Shown here: piece by piece, positions 31,718 through 42,495 of the stretch
How the letters are laid out: each line of letters opens with the position of its first letter
Position numbering within the stretch: the stretch's first letter is position 1
Notes under the pieces: generated by a model
What the model saw: the letters and a program-made list of their open reading frames with translations, nothing else
Databases searched by the model: none
Told to the model about the DNA's origin: nothing
Origin: Spirulina sp.
GTDB lineage: Bacteria; Cyanobacteriota; Cyanobacteriia; Phormidesmidales; Phormidesmidaceae
Assembly (NCBI GenBank): GCA_044070495.1
Contig: JBIPSI010000012.1
Span: forward strand, 1 to 64,000
Reading direction: 5' to 3'
Length of the DNA stretch: 64,000 nt
Translations under genes and position numbers: made by a program

Positions 31718-32686
31718 CTAACGCTGGAAGAAGACTCGGCTGCTAGAGAGACCCGCACCTCGGTAGAAGTCGTTCCACTGGTTGGCCAAGCCCCGGTCGG
31801 CAAAGGGGCCAACGGCCACATGGGGGCCACGGGGGGCGGTGCGCATCTGCACCCGATCCGCTGGCGTGCCGAGCTGAATCACCTGGGCGCTAACCGACTG
31901 AAGGTTGGACGCAGCGGTGGGAATCACCACATAAAAAGGCGCGTTGGGAACCTCTGCGGGGGTAGCCATAGCGGTGCTGCCGCTGGGGGGTGGCATGTTC
32001 ACCGGGTAGCTATTGGCGGGGCTGGCGGGGGCGGTGTAAGACAACTGCTGGCCAAATTCCACATTGCCGGAGGTGGGCTGGCTCATCGGGGGCGGCTGAA
32101 CGCTGGGCATGGGTAGGGTGGATGCACCCCCACCAGGAGGAATCACCGTGACACCAGGCAGCGGCGGCAGGGAACCTGAAGTGGCATAGACATTATTCGG
32201 CATCGTCGGCGTTTGGGCAAAGACGGGCTGGGCCGCCGGAGCTGCGCTCATCTGGGCTGAAACGCCGCGACTGGCTAGGTCGTTGACCCGCATTTGGGCA
32301 TTGGCCGAGTGGTTGAAGCGCCCCGCCTGGATCACGGGTTGCCCTTGGAAGGTCGTCCGAAAAGCGGTGGGTTCCACCATTTGCACCTGGCGCAGGGTGG
32401 CCTCGCTGGTGTCGTTCACAAACACCACAAACTGCTGGCCACTAGCCGGAGTCTGGGGCATGGGGCTGCTGGGCACGGGCACCACCCCAGCGGGGAGCGG
32501 CGGCACAATATCGTAGCCCTGGCCCTGGGCCGATCCCTGACCCATCACCGAGGCCAGCGTTAAGGCCGACAGAATTCCCAACCCAGCTCGATGGGTCTGG
32601 GGGGACATCAATGCTTTCCGGGCTTTCTGGCCAAACCGACTCAACCCTTCACCTAACCGGGAGTAACGCTGCATAGGGATCACCAC
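31718..32686 (-). CDS. Pro-rich exported protein with two SPOR-like domains
   Basis: FVVFVN...IQAGRF...NAQ and YVVIP...RGPHVAVGPF motifs. Confidence 0.7.
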   Translation of the reverse strand: MVIPMQRYSRLGEGLSRFGQKARKALMSPQTHRAGLGILSALTLASVMGQGSAQGQGYDIVPPLPAGVVPVPSSPMPQTPASGQQFVVFVNDTSEATLRQVQMVEPTAFRTTFQGQPVIQAGRFNHSANAQMRVNDLASRGVSAQMSAAPAAQPVFAQTPTMPNNVYATSGSLPPLPGVTVIPPGGGASTLPMPSVQPPPMSQPTSGNVEFGQQLSYTAPASPANSYPVNMPPPSGSTAMATPAEVPNAPFYVVIPTAASNLQSVSAQVIQLGTPADRVQMRTAPRGPHVAVGPFADRGLANQWNDFYRGAGLSSSRVFFQR

Positions 32687-32878
32687 TCCTACCCATCACA
32701 AAAACTGAGCCATCACAAAAACTTGAATCGAGAAATGGTTACCTACCATTTCTGACCTTCGTCAAGTGGATGTTAGCGCAGATTTTTAAAAGCGAATCAT
32801 TAAAAGGTGAGGTGGGCTGGGGGCGCTTACAGGTATGGTTAGAAACGGCATGGGTTGGTTGACTAGCAAAAACGGATG

Positions 32879-32971
32879 GCCCTCACCCCCAACCCCTCTC
32901 CCAAAGGGAGAGGGGAGCCGAGTCCAGCTTTCCAGTTCCCTCTCTCCGTGGGAGAGGGCTAGGGTGAGGGC
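32879..32971. repeat. Palindromic dispersed repeat (CCCTCACCCC..CCCTCTCCC..GGGAGAGGG..GGGTGAGGG)
   Basis: Full second copy at 63270-63361 and half copy at 61809-61848. Confidence 0.85.
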
Positions 32972-33048
32972 TTGCAAGGATCTGGCTAGTAAGTTTTGTC
33001 AGCCAATCAGTTGCATGGGTTAGCAAAAGGGTAAAAGGTAAACAGGCC

Positions 33049-34056
33049 ATGACGGAAGCCACCTGGGAACGGCGACATGTGTTGTCTTTGGCAGATTTTA
33101 CGGCGGCGGAATTGGAAACCGTGACCCAAACCGCTGTTAGCTTTCGGGATGTGCTGTCGCGCCGCACCCGCAAGGTGCCCGCCCTGCAAGGGTTGGTGGT
33201 AACCAATATGTTTTTTGAACCCTCCACCCGCACCCGCAGCAGCTTTGAACTAGCGGCCAAACGGCTGTCGGCGGATGTGCTGAACTTTGCCCCCGGCACC
33301 TCCTCCCTCACCAAGGGCGAAACCATTTTAGATACGGCCAAAACCTACCTGGCCATGGGCACCAACCTAATGGTGATTCGCCACCAGGATGCCGGAGTGC
33401 CCCAGACCATTGCCGACGAAATGGATCGCCTCCAAAGCGGTGTGGGGGTGCTCAACGGCGGCGATGGTCTCCATGCCCATCCCTCCCAGGCGCTCTTAGA
33501 TTTGTTCACCCTGGCCCTGGCCCTCAACCCCGACCAACCCACCAGCCAAGCCCTAGCCGGACTCAAAATTGCCATCGTGGGCGACATTCTGCACTCCAGG
33601 GTGGCCCGGTCTAACCTCTGGGCACTCACCGCCTGCGGGGCTGAAGTCCACCTCGCTGCCCCGCCCACCCTGCTGCCACCGGGCTTTGCCGAAGCCTTCG
33701 TCAAGCAGTCGCCCCTCTCCATCCAGCGCCAGGTGGTGCAGCACAGTCGCCTCGCCCCTGCCCTAGAGAATGCTGATTTTGTCATGACCCTGCGCCTGCA
33801 AAAGGAGCGCATGACCCAACACCGCCTACCCAGCCTGCGCGAATACCACGACGGCTTTGGTCTTACCCGCGACCGTTTACAAGTCTGCAAACCTACCGTC
33901 AAACTGCTGCACCCCGGCCCCACCAATCGCGGCGTCGAAATTAGCTCGGACTTAATGGACGACCCTGCCCTGAGCTTGATTAGCGAACAAGTCACCAACG
34001 GCGTGGCGGTACGCATGGCCCTGCTGTATTTGATGGGCGTCGGGAAAGGGGAGTAG
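33049..34056 (+). CDS. pyrB: Aspartate carbamoyltransferase catalytic subunit
   Basis: [42 protein letters not shown]. Confidence 0.97.
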   Translation: MTEATWERRHVLSLADFTAAELETVTQTAVSFRDVLSRRTRKVPALQGLVVTNMFFEPSTRTRSSFELAAKRLSADVLNFAPGTSSLTKGETILDTAKTYLAMGTNLMVIRHQDAGVPQTIADEMDRLQSGVGVLNGGDGLHAHPSQALLDLFTLALALNPDQPTSQALAGLKIAIVGDILHSRVARSNLWALTACGAEVHLAAPPTLLPPGFAEAFVKQSPLSIQRQVVQHSRLAPALENADFVMTLRLQKERMTQHRLPSLREYHDGFGLTRDRLQVCKPTVKLLHPGPTNRGVEISSDLMDDPALSLISEQVTNGVAVRMALLYLMGVGKGE

Positions 34057-34179
34057 GGAGTGGAGAGTGGGGATAGGCTAGAAAAATTGTATTGCTATGG
34101 CGGTTCTCGATGGGGTGAGATACCTCATTTCTGGGTTCTAGATCCCCCCAGTGCCTAGTAGTCTGAGTGTCCTTCTGTA

Positions 34180-34208
34180 CCCCCCTTGCTAAGGGGGGCA
34201 GGGGGATC
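34180..34208. repeat. CCCCCCTT..AAGGGGGG dispersed repeat; inverted copy at 37853-37881
   Basis: Read directly at both sites. Confidence 0.7.
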
Positions 34209-34257
34209 ATCATAATGCATTTCACCCAAGTGCAATCTGCTATCGTTTGCCCTGACG

Positions 34258-35742
34258 CTAAATCCAAGTGGGAAGCCACCAACGGCGTTGTAGGGCATCG
34301 GGCGAGATAGGCCAGCCGACAAAAAGCGGCAACCAAAACAAGAAGCCCAGGACAATCAACCCCAGCATCGCCCAGGCCATTACCCGATGGGAACGGCGAC
34401 GATGCCCCAGCCAACCCGACATTAACCAGGCCAAGGCCAGGGCACTAAAGGCCACCATCCCTAGGGCGTGGTAAAGGAAGGTGCAGCGGCTCACCAACAA
34501 CCACGGCAACCACTGAGCCAAGTAGTTCAGAACCAGGAAGGACTCGACGGCAAAGGACGACTCACGGGTGGTTCCACCGAACGAAGCATCCCCTGAACTG
34601 GAGTCTCCTGAATCCGCATGGGCCGTCGATTCTAGGGAAGATTCCAGGGACATCTGGGGTTTCGGCTGAGCCATAATCCACCACTGCCGCCGACCGCTGA
34701 ACCAACTCAGCCCAAGTACCAGCATCGCCGCTGTGGACAGCCACCAGAGCATCGGGTTTCCCATGGCTTGAATCGCTACCACCTTTCCAGGAGCATCGGT
34801 CAAAATTTGGTACAAGTAGGCCACAGGACGCAGCATCAGCGGCCAGGTAAACCAAGGCGAACAGTAGGGATGGGAAGCACCACCCGCGCCAATGGTTTGG
34901 TGAACCTGCCAAAGCTGTTGATGAATGCCCCAAAAGGTTTCCCCAGTCATCGCCAGGTGGGTCCACCAGAGTAGGCCGTAGGTCATCAAGGGAATTAACC
35001 CCAAATACAACCACCAACGCCGCTTCCCAACCCACCACCTTGTAGGGGCGCGGTTTCCTCGCCCACCCACCCCAGCGGTCAGCAAGCAAAATTGAGGACG
35101 AACGACCTCCCACAGCAGCAAGCCCAACCAAAACGCCGCTCCATTCCACTTGACATTGATGGCCGCTCCCAGGGCGATCCCAGCCGCAATCCGCCAGCGG
35201 TAGGGATGCGCCCTCAAGGGAGCCATCACCCAAAAAACTTGCCCCAACAGCCCAAACCACAGCCAGTAGAGGTTAATTAAGGCCAGCCGCGATTCCACCA
35301 GAGTCAGCCCTTCCAGAACCATCAACGCAGCGGCCACCAGGCCAAAGCGAATCCGGCGAGGGTGGGCATAACCCCGGCTGAGGCCGTAGGCCAAGGCCGC
35401 AACCAGTGCGGGTAGGGTGGCCCCCACCAGGGCGTTGATCAGCCGACCGCTCAGCAAGCTAATTGTCTGACCCTCCACCATCAGCGGGGGCCAATGGAAC
35501 CAAGCCGCACCCCATTGCCCCAACCAAAGTCCAAGGGCAATCAGGTATTTGCCTAGGGGCGGGTGGGCATCGAATTGGGGCGATTGGTTGAGGTAGCCCA
35601 GGGCAAAGGGGATGTAGTAAACCTCGTCGAAAACAAGCTGGTTAAACCGTCCTAACCCCCACAGCCGAAGCCCTAGGGCCAAGATACTCAGGCCAATCAG
35701 CCCTAGCCAAAGCGAGATTCTGGAAGCAGTCTTGGGGATCAC
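34258..35742 (-). CDS. Protein O-mannosyltransferase-like (PMT/GT39) glycosyltransferase
   Basis: LVFDEVYY, DAHPPLGK, VESR, HPYCSPW..WPLMLRPV, GNP, FLYH. Start at GTG 35742 is inferred. Confidence 0.85.
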   Translation of the reverse strand: MIPKTASRISLWLGLIGLSILALGLRLWGLGRFNQLVFDEVYYIPFALGYLNQSPQFDAHPPLGKYLIALGLWLGQWGAAWFHWPPLMVEGQTISLLSGRLINALVGATLPALVAALAYGLSRGYAHPRRIRFGLVAAALMVLEGLTLVESRLALINLYWLWFGLLGQVFWVMAPLRAHPYRWRIAAGIALGAAINVKWNGAAFWLGLLLWEVVRPQFCLLTAGVGGRGNRAPTRWWVGKRRWWLYLGLIPLMTYGLLWWTHLAMTGETFWGIHQQLWQVHQTIGAGGASHPYCSPWFTWPLMLRPVAYLYQILTDAPGKVVAIQAMGNPMLWWLSTAAMLVLGLSWFSGRRQWWIMAQPKPQMSLESSLESTAHADSGDSSSGDASFGGTTRESSFAVESFLVLNYLAQWLPWLLVSRCTFLYHALGMVAFSALALAWLMSGWLGHRRRSHRVMAWAMLGLIVLGFLFWLPLFVGWPISPDALQRRWWLPTWI

Positions 35743-35822
35743 AAACCTAGGGTGGGTGGCGGAACGGGTATTATTAAGAATTGCGACACATGATCGATGC
35801 GTACGATCAAGGAGAACAGCCT

Positions 35823-36995
35823 GTGAAACGGAGCCACGTTTTTGCCGGGGTGATGGTAAGTTTAGTGGGGAGCATGGGGGCTTCGGGGGCGTTTGCCGCC
35901 GCACCGGATCTCACCACAACTCGGCCCTCCCTAACCGCCTGGGCCGCACAGGAATCGCGCCTAATCGCCCAAAATTCCTCCAGTAACCTTAGCGCAGCCC
36001 AGCAGGAGCAACTCGATGAACTCCTGCGCCAAGGCCAAGCTAGGGTTGCCGCCAACGATCCGGCGGGGGCCATTGCCGCCTACCAGCAGGCCGCCCAGAT
36101 CGATCCCCAAAACGCCCGTATTTTCTCCGGCATAGGCTATCTGCACATTCAGCAGGGCAATTATACCGAGGCCGTCACTGCCTACCGTCGCGCCGTGGCC
36201 CTGGATCGGGGCAATCTGGCCTTCCGCTACGGCCTCGCCCACAGCCTGTTCCACAGCGACCAACCCACGGAAGCCCTCGCCACCTACCGCGAGATCCTCG
36301 CCAGCCACCCCCGCGAGGCCAATGCTTACCTGGGTATCGGCAGCATCCAGCTTCAGCAAGGGGATAACGATGCCGCCCTAGCCACCTACCAAGAACTGGT
36401 GCGCCTCGCCCCCGGCAATGCCCAAGCCTACGAAGCCCTGGGCAACCTCTACATTCAGCAGGAAGACTATGACCAAGCGTTGACCTACCTAAACCGAGGC
36501 GTTCGGGCCAGCAGCAGCAATAAAGATAGCCTTTATGTCAGTATCGCCAGCCTTTACCTGTTGCAGGAGAACTTCCCCGCCGCTCGCTCGGCAGCGACCC
36601 AGGCCCTAGCGCTGAATAGCACCAATGCCCAGGCCCAGAACCAGATGGGCTACATTCTCTACCAAGAGGGCGACCGCGAATCGGCCTTTGAGCACCTGGT
36701 ACGGGCGGTACGGCTTAATCCCGACCTGATCGCCGCCCATGCCCTGCTGGGGGAACTGCTGCTAGAACGCGAGCAATTTTTGCAGGCGGTGTTGTCCTAC
36801 CGCCGTGTAGTGGATGCCCGTCCCGATGATCCGGCGGCCTTCTACAACCTGGGGCTAGCCCTGTGGGGCCAAGGGCTTCAGGCCCAGGCGGTATCTAACG
36901 TGGAACTGGCCCGCTATATGTACGAACGTCAGGGCAACACCGAAGGGGCCGAACGCGCCGTGGCCCTGATAAATTTCTGGGGCATTGAACGCTAA
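35823..36995 (+). CDS. Exported TPR-repeat protein
   Basis: Signal peptide and about nine TPRs; AGGAG upstream of GTG 35823. Confidence 0.85.
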   Translation: MKRSHVFAGVMVSLVGSMGASGAFAAAPDLTTTRPSLTAWAAQESRLIAQNSSSNLSAAQQEQLDELLRQGQARVAANDPAGAIAAYQQAAQIDPQNARIFSGIGYLHIQQGNYTEAVTAYRRAVALDRGNLAFRYGLAHSLFHSDQPTEALATYREILASHPREANAYLGIGSIQLQQGDNDAALATYQELVRLAPGNAQAYEALGNLYIQQEDYDQALTYLNRGVRASSSNKDSLYVSIASLYLLQENFPAARSAATQALALNSTNAQAQNQMGYILYQEGDRESAFEHLVRAVRLNPDLIAAHALLGELLLEREQFLQAVLSYRRVVDARPDDPAAFYNLGLALWGQGLQAQAVSNVELARYMYERQGNTEGAERAVALINFWGIER

Positions 36996-37004
36996 GCCCC
37001 CCAC

Positions 37005-37039
37005 AAAAATAGCCCCCTGGCTGACGGACCTGGGGGCTA
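37005..37039 (-). terminator. Terminator between convergent genes (rpsD orientation)
   Basis: TAGCCCCC...GGGGGCTA stem with a T run on the minus strand. Confidence 0.65.
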
Positions 37040-37125
37040 GAGCAAATTAAGAGTAAGGCGTTATGGGCGGTAAGTGATAGAAACTATCAGCCAGCAGCCA
37101 GAACCATTCCGTAAGCCAGCAGCCA

Positions 37126-37734
37126 TTAGGCTTTACGGGAGTAGTATTCAACCACCAGCAGTTCATTGATGTTGAGGGCGACCCATTCGCGCTCAATCAC
37201 GCCATTGACCTTGGCGGTTAGTTTTGCCTTGTCGAGTTCTAGGTGGTTAGGAACGTTAGCCAAACCAGGAAATTCTAGGTTGGCTTCCACCAGCTTCTTG
37301 GAGGCGTCACGGTCACGCACGGTAATCACATCGCCAGGGCGGCATTGGTAGCTGGGAATGCTGACCACGCGGCCATTGACGCAGATGTGGCCATGGTTGA
37401 CAATTTGCCGAGCCGCCGGAATGGTTGGCCCAAAACCTAGGCGAAAAATGGTGTTATCCAACCGCATTTCCAGCAGTTGCAGGATGACGAGTCCGGTAGA
37501 TCCTCCGGCCCGACGAGCCTTTTTCACGTAGCGAAGCAGTTGCTTTTCGGTCAAACCGTAGTTAAACCGCAGCTTTTGCTTTTCCTCTAGACGAATCCCA
37601 TACTCAGACTTTTTCTTGCGGTCTTGGCCATGTTGCCCAGGGGGGTTAGCCTTGCGGGGAGTTTTGCGGGACAGACCCGGTAACTCACCCAACCGCCGAA
37701 CTACCCGTAGACGGGCACCGCGATATCGCGCCAT
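37126..37734 (-). CDS. rpsD: 30S ribosomal protein S4
   Basis: [33 protein letters not shown]. Confidence 0.98.
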   Translation of the reverse strand: MARYRGARLRVVRRLGELPGLSRKTPRKANPPGQHGQDRKKKSEYGIRLEEKQKLRFNYGLTEKQLLRYVKKARRAGGSTGLVILQLLEMRLDNTIFRLGFGPTIPAARQIVNHGHICVNGRVVSIPSYQCRPGDVITVRDRDASKKLVEANLEFPGLANVPNHLELDKAKLTAKVNGVIEREWVALNINELLVVEYYSRKA

Positions 37735-38025
37735 AAACGTTTACTCTCCGAAAAATTCAGACTTGGAAGAATTCCAAAGCTATCATTCTAACCCGCTGAA
37801 TCCCCCGAAGCAAGTTTATAGCGAATTTCATTTGGGTGAAGTCCCTTGCGATGATCCCCCCTGCCCCCTTACGAAGGGGGGTATAGCGTGAACCTGAGAC
37901 CGCTGGGTACTGGGGGAATCGCATCCAGCAACGGTGCCTCTCACGCTATTGAGAACCGCATCCCCAAAGGACGGTACCCCTGGTTTCCCGAACGACCTAG
38001 GTCGATTCAAAGGGATGGGGATGGC

Positions 38026-39519
38026 CTATTGCCCGATCAGGGGGCCGAGATCCAGGCATTGCCCCACGGCCTCGGTGAGGGTGTTGAGGACGGCTTCGCG
38101 CTGCTCTCGGTAGTTGGGAATGCCCGTGGGCAGGGCGGCGAGTCCGCGCTGTTGGCGCAGTCGGTTTAGCCATGCGCGTCGCCAGGGGCCATTGTCGAAG
38201 ATGCCGTGCAGGTAGGTGCCCCAGAGGGACTGGGTGCTGTCTACCACCCCTAGGCTGCGGTCTTCAAAAAGAAATTCAAACTCGTAGCCCGTCTGGGTCT
38301 TGGCCTCGGATAGGCTGAGTTGGGTGCGGCCTTGGTGCAGTTCGTAGCCAGAAACGGGCAAGCCTTCCTGGGGAAAGCGGGAGGTGACCGTGCGCTGGCG
38401 GGCAATGGTTTGCGGGGTAATCACCGTGCGCATGGGCACTAGGTTCAGGGCGGGGAAGCGGCCTTCGTGGCCTTCGATGCCCTCTGGATCGGCCATGAAC
38501 TGGCCCATCATTTGAAACCCGCCACAAATGCCCATCACCGTGCCCCCCGCCGCCACATAGTTACGCAGGGCCTCGGCCATGCCTGTGTGCTGTAGCGCCA
38601 GCAAGTCGGCAATGGTGGCCTTGGTGCCGGGGATGATGACAGCATCGGGATAGCCCAGGGCTTCCTTGGGGTTGAGGTAGACCACCCGCACCGAGGGTTC
38701 GGCCTCTAGGGGGTCAAAATCGGTGAAGTTAGCAATGCGGGGCAGACGCACCACGGCAATGGTGAGTTCGGCCTGCTTTTTGCGATTGGGTAACCGCCCC
38801 AACAAACTCAGGGAATCTTCGGCGGGCAGGATGTCGGCCAGCCAGGGCACCACCCCCAGCACCGGAAGTCCCGTGCGTTGGGTTAACCAGGCCAGGGAGG
38901 GTTCGAGGGTTTCTCGCTGGCCGCGAAATTTGTTGAGGACAATCCCCTTCACCAAGGCCCGTTCTTCAGGTTCCATCAGGGCCAGGGTTCCCACAACGTG
39001 GGCAAAGGCTCCCCCCTGATCGATATCCGCCACCAGGATCGTCGGAGCTTTCAGGTGTTTGGCAATCCGCATATTCGCCAAGTCTTGGTGGGCGATGGGC
39101 ACCTCCACCGGGCTTCCCGTTCCCTCGCAGACCAAAAAGTCGTAGTCCTGGCTGAGGACAATTAGGGATTCTTGAATCGCTTGCCAGCCCCGGTCTAGGT
39201 AGTCGTCGTGGTAGCGCTGGAGGGTGGTGCTACCGATGGCCTTACCCTTCAGTACGAGGGTCATCTCCCCATCGCCCTGGGGCTTGAGCAAAATGGGGTT
39301 CATTTCCGCCTGGGGAGGAACTCCCGCCGCCCAGGCCTGCACCGCCTGGGCATAGCCCATCTCTCCCCCGGTGGCAGTCACATAGATATTAAGGGCGGTG
39401 TTCTGCCCCTTGAAGGGAGCCACCCGCCAGCCCCGCCGGTTTAGCAATCGACAGAGCGCCGTTGCAATGAGCGACTTACCTACGTGGGACGCGGTGCCCA
39501 CCACCATAATTGCTCGCAT
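38026..39519 (-). CDS. cobQ: Cobyric acid synthase
   Basis: GTASHVGKS, PFKGQN, MNPILLKP, NFTDFDPL, GICGGFQM, GTYLHG. Confidence 0.95.
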   Translation of the reverse strand: MRAIMVVGTASHVGKSLIATALCRLLNRRGWRVAPFKGQNTALNIYVTATGGEMGYAQAVQAWAAGVPPQAEMNPILLKPQGDGEMTLVLKGKAIGSTTLQRYHDDYLDRGWQAIQESLIVLSQDYDFLVCEGTGSPVEVPIAHQDLANMRIAKHLKAPTILVADIDQGGAFAHVVGTLALMEPEERALVKGIVLNKFRGQRETLEPSLAWLTQRTGLPVLGVVPWLADILPAEDSLSLLGRLPNRKKQAELTIAVVRLPRIANFTDFDPLEAEPSVRVVYLNPKEALGYPDAVIIPGTKATIADLLALQHTGMAEALRNYVAAGGTVMGICGGFQMMGQFMADPEGIEGHEGRFPALNLVPMRTVITPQTIARQRTVTSRFPQEGLPVSGYELHQGRTQLSLSEAKTQTGYEFEFLFEDRSLGVVDSTQSLWGTYLHGIFDNGPWRRAWLNRLRQQRGLAALPTGIPNYREQREAVLNTLTEAVGQCLDLGPLIGQ

Positions 39520-39697
39520 GACGCTCCTCCCAAAGTCCAGACTATCGAATGCAACACTAAGCCACCGCCAGGGGCTATTTAAGCCGATTGACAAGCTATC
39601 AAACCCATCTACCGTCAATACCTTCAGCCCTAGCGGGACGATTTCAGGACAGCCCTAGGGGCCGGTTGCCACGCGGCCACCGGTGTCGGGATGGGCG

Positions 39698-40120
39698 CTA
39701 CCCCTGCCACCAACTCGGTGGACGCAGCCAACGATGCCACGCATTGTAAAGCTGATCGCTCCAAGTGGGCCGCAACCGACTCGCAGGCATTTGCTCCAAA
39801 TGCTGACATAGGTGCCGCCCTAGGGGGGTGAGACGAAAGCTATCGGTTAGCCCCTGCCCATCCACCTCCCGACGCAGCAACCCCACGGCAATCAGCCACA
39901 TCAACTCATTCTCAGTCCGCAATTCCGACAGAGATTGACGCACGTAGCCATGCTTCACCCCCTGGGGATGGCAAATCTGGCGCGTCGATACGCTCTGGTG
40001 GCGGAGGGTGGTCAGCAACTCCAGGCGAAAGGGGGAGCACTTAAAGGCTCGCTCGGCCCGTCGCCAGGAGGCCGCAGGATAGCGCTGGGCAAGGTCGGGG
40101 TCAGTCTCAACAAAGGCCAT
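39698..40120 (-). CDS. Conserved cyanobacterial protein (Npun_F0494-like)
   Basis: RAERAFKCSPF and WLIAVGLLRREVDGQGLTDSFRLTPLG. Confidence 0.8.
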   Translation of the reverse strand: MAFVETDPDLAQRYPAASWRRAERAFKCSPFRLELLTTLRHQSVSTRQICHPQGVKHGYVRQSLSELRTENELMWLIAVGLLRREVDGQGLTDSFRLTPLGRHLCQHLEQMPASRLRPTWSDQLYNAWHRWLRPPSWWQG

Positions 40121-40377
40121 GGGGGTTCTGTTCGATTAGGGGAAAATATAGGGGAAGACATCAGTGGCCTGGAACCATTCCACCGGGAATCATCAGACCT
40201 GGCTTTATTGTATAGGGCCACCGCATAGGGCCACGCTGGGGCAGGTCGCGATATCCATCTCCGGCATGGGATAGTTCTCCGGCGTGGGATAGGGCGTGGG
40301 ATAGTTATCGAGACCCTAGCCAACCCTAGGCCAGGGGCAACGCCGTTGATGAGGGGGTGTTTTGATGGAGAAAACCC

Positions 40378-41262
40378 ATGCGTGGTGAGCTAGCCGCCCT
40401 AGGGGCCGCGTTTCTGTGGGCGGTGGCCACGGTGTTGTTTGGCCAAGTGGGCAAACAGGTGCCCCCCTTGGTGCTGAATTTTACGAAGGGAATCGTAGCC
40501 ATTGCCCTCGTGGTAGCGACCCTGACCGTACTGCAACGGGCACCCACGGGGCTGGATGGTCGGGCCTGGGGGCTGCTGTTGGCTAGCGGTGGCCTGGGCA
40601 TTGGTGTGGGCGACACCCTCTACTTCACTTCCATCAATCGGCTTGGCCCCCGGCGGGCACTGCTGCTCGAAACCCTGGCCCCACCCCTAGCGGCCCTGCT
40701 AGCCCTGGGGCTGTTGGGGGAGACCCTATCACTGCGAGACTGGGCTGGCCTGGGCCTCACCCTGCTGGGCGTGGTCTGGGTGATTTCCGAGCGTGTACCC
40801 ACGGGCGCGGCCATGGTGCGGCCTCGGTGGCAGGATACGGTCTTTGGAGTGCTGGCGGCCCTGGCCTCGGCGGTGGGGGCAGTGCTGTCGCGGGCGGCCC
40901 TTGCGGATACGACCATTGACCCGCTTTGGGGTACCCTGCTGCGACTGGTAGGAGGGCTAGTCATCCTGCTGGTGATTCTCCGCAGCCAAGGCCCGTTGCC
41001 CACCCCACGGCAAATTCTGCCCAACCGTCGGGTGCTGGGCTGGCTGGTTCTTGCCGCCTTCCTCGGCACCTACCTGGGTATCTATCTGCAACAAACCGCC
41101 TTCAAGTTTGCCCCCACGGGCATTGCCCAATCGCTGCTAGCCACCAGCCCCCTGTTTGTGCTACCCCTTGCCGCTGCCATGGGCGACCGAGTGAGCCTGC
41201 GGGCCGTAGGGGGGGCACTGCTGGCCCTGGTGGGGGTGGGGCTGTTGGTAACCGGGGGATAG
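40378..41262 (+). CDS. DMT/EamA-family transporter
   Basis: Ten TM helices in two repeats; GELAALGAAFLWA, GIGVGD. Confidence 0.88.
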   Translation: MRGELAALGAAFLWAVATVLFGQVGKQVPPLVLNFTKGIVAIALVVATLTVLQRAPTGLDGRAWGLLLASGGLGIGVGDTLYFTSINRLGPRRALLLETLAPPLAALLALGLLGETLSLRDWAGLGLTLLGVVWVISERVPTGAAMVRPRWQDTVFGVLAALASAVGAVLSRAALADTTIDPLWGTLLRLVGGLVILLVILRSQGPLPTPRQILPNRRVLGWLVLAAFLGTYLGIYLQQTAFKFAPTGIAQSLLATSPLFVLPLAAAMGDRVSLRAVGGALLALVGVGLLVTGG

Positions 41263-41310
41263 AACCCCTGGACAGCGGGGCACCGGAAACGTAGGCAACT
41301 GGCTGCAACG

Positions 41311-41907
41311 CTAAACCTTCTCGCCGCTGAGGATAAAAATCGGATCCACCGCCGTAAACACCTGGTGATTGCCCTTCACCTCTAGGCGATTCACGGCAGG
41401 TTGAGCCGCCTCAATGTTGCGTACCTGAAGCTGGGCAAAGGTTTCCGACACCACGTAAAGCCCCTCCAGGTTGCCCACCGTGACCACTAAACGCCCCCCG
41501 GAGGGCAAGTACTCCCAGGCCGCATTCAGAAGCGTTTTTAGGGATCGCCCACCCTCCACAAAAATACAGTTTGGGCTGGGGGCCAAACTGGCTAAACAGT
41601 CGGGGGCGCTGCCCTGCACCACTGTCACATTGGTTAACTCAAACCGCTGACAGTTGCGCCGAATTAAATCCGCCACATCCTCGTCGCGCTCTACCGCCAC
41701 CACCTGCCCCTGCCGACACATCAGCGCCGCTTCAATGGCTAGGGTGCCTGTCCCGGCTCCAATATCCCACAACACATCCGTAGGACGCAGCCGCAAATAG
41801 CCCAACAACAATAGGCGCACCTCCCGGCTGCTGAGGGGAATGCCGGGAAGCTGCTCAAACAGCGCGTCAGGGATGCCAGGGGTGGCGTAGGGCCAAAGGG
41901 TAGACAT
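41311..41907 (-). CDS. cbiT: Precorrin-6Y C15-methyltransferase (decarboxylating)
   Basis: TPGIPD..F, REVR, WDIGAGTGT, GSAP. Confidence 0.92.
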   Translation of the reverse strand: MSTLWPYATPGIPDALFEQLPGIPLSSREVRLLLLGYLRLRPTDVLWDIGAGTGTLAIEAALMCRQGQVVAVERDEDVADLIRRNCQRFELTNVTVVQGSAPDCLASLAPSPNCIFVEGGRSLKTLLNAAWEYLPSGGRLVVTVGNLEGLYVVSETFAQLQVRNIEAAQPAVNRLEVKGNHQVFTAVDPIFILSGEKV

Positions 41908-42056
41908 AACAGGGGTCTAAGCGGGGGCTTTCCCATTGTGCCACTGGCGTACCCTAGGCAACGACCCACAACAAACGGCCCGCAACAAAACAGACACCCT
42001 AGATTCGCGTTTGCCCAAGGTGTCTAGTTGGTTAAATAGTCTAAGCTGTCAGTCGT

Positions 42057-42293
42057 TTAACACTTATTCAGGTTCAGACCCACTTCCTTAGCCATGGCGT
42101 CAATGCCCTTGGTTTGTAGGGTCTTGATGGCCTTGGTAGAAATACGCAGCTTCACCCAGCGATTGCCCTGGGGCCACCACACCCGCTTCTCTTGCAGGTT
42201 CGCCTCTTGCGTACGCTTGGTACGACGGTGGGAGTGGGAGATAGCGAAGGCGTTGTTAGCCTTTTTTCCGGTTAGCTGACACTTACGACCCAT
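42057..42293 (-). CDS. rpmB: 50S ribosomal protein L28
   Basis: [27 protein letters not shown]...NLQ. Confidence 0.97.
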   Translation of the reverse strand: MGRKCQLTGKKANNAFAISHSHRRTKRTQEANLQEKRVWWPQGNRWVKLRISTKAIKTLQTKGIDAMAKEVGLNLNKC

Positions 42294-42495
42294 GGGTATT
42301 CTCCGGCAACGTTCAAACGGCACAATGACACAGTCTCTTATCATAGCAGGCTGAGCGGGGTATCTGGCCAGGAACTTTTAGAGCCGTTGGGGCGGTTGGG
42401 GCGCACGGCGGTGCGCCCGTACGGGGAATCGTGCCAAAGTGGCAGACTGGCTGGGGGCGAGATCCGCAGGGAAAGGGACTCTGCTAGATTAGGGG

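Noticed and set aside
37735..42056. Cobalamin riboswitch near cobQ/cbiT, and tRNA or rRNA genes anywhere in the window
   Set aside because: I recognised no B12-box, cloverleaf or rRNA sequence; a covariance-model search would be needed to exclude them.
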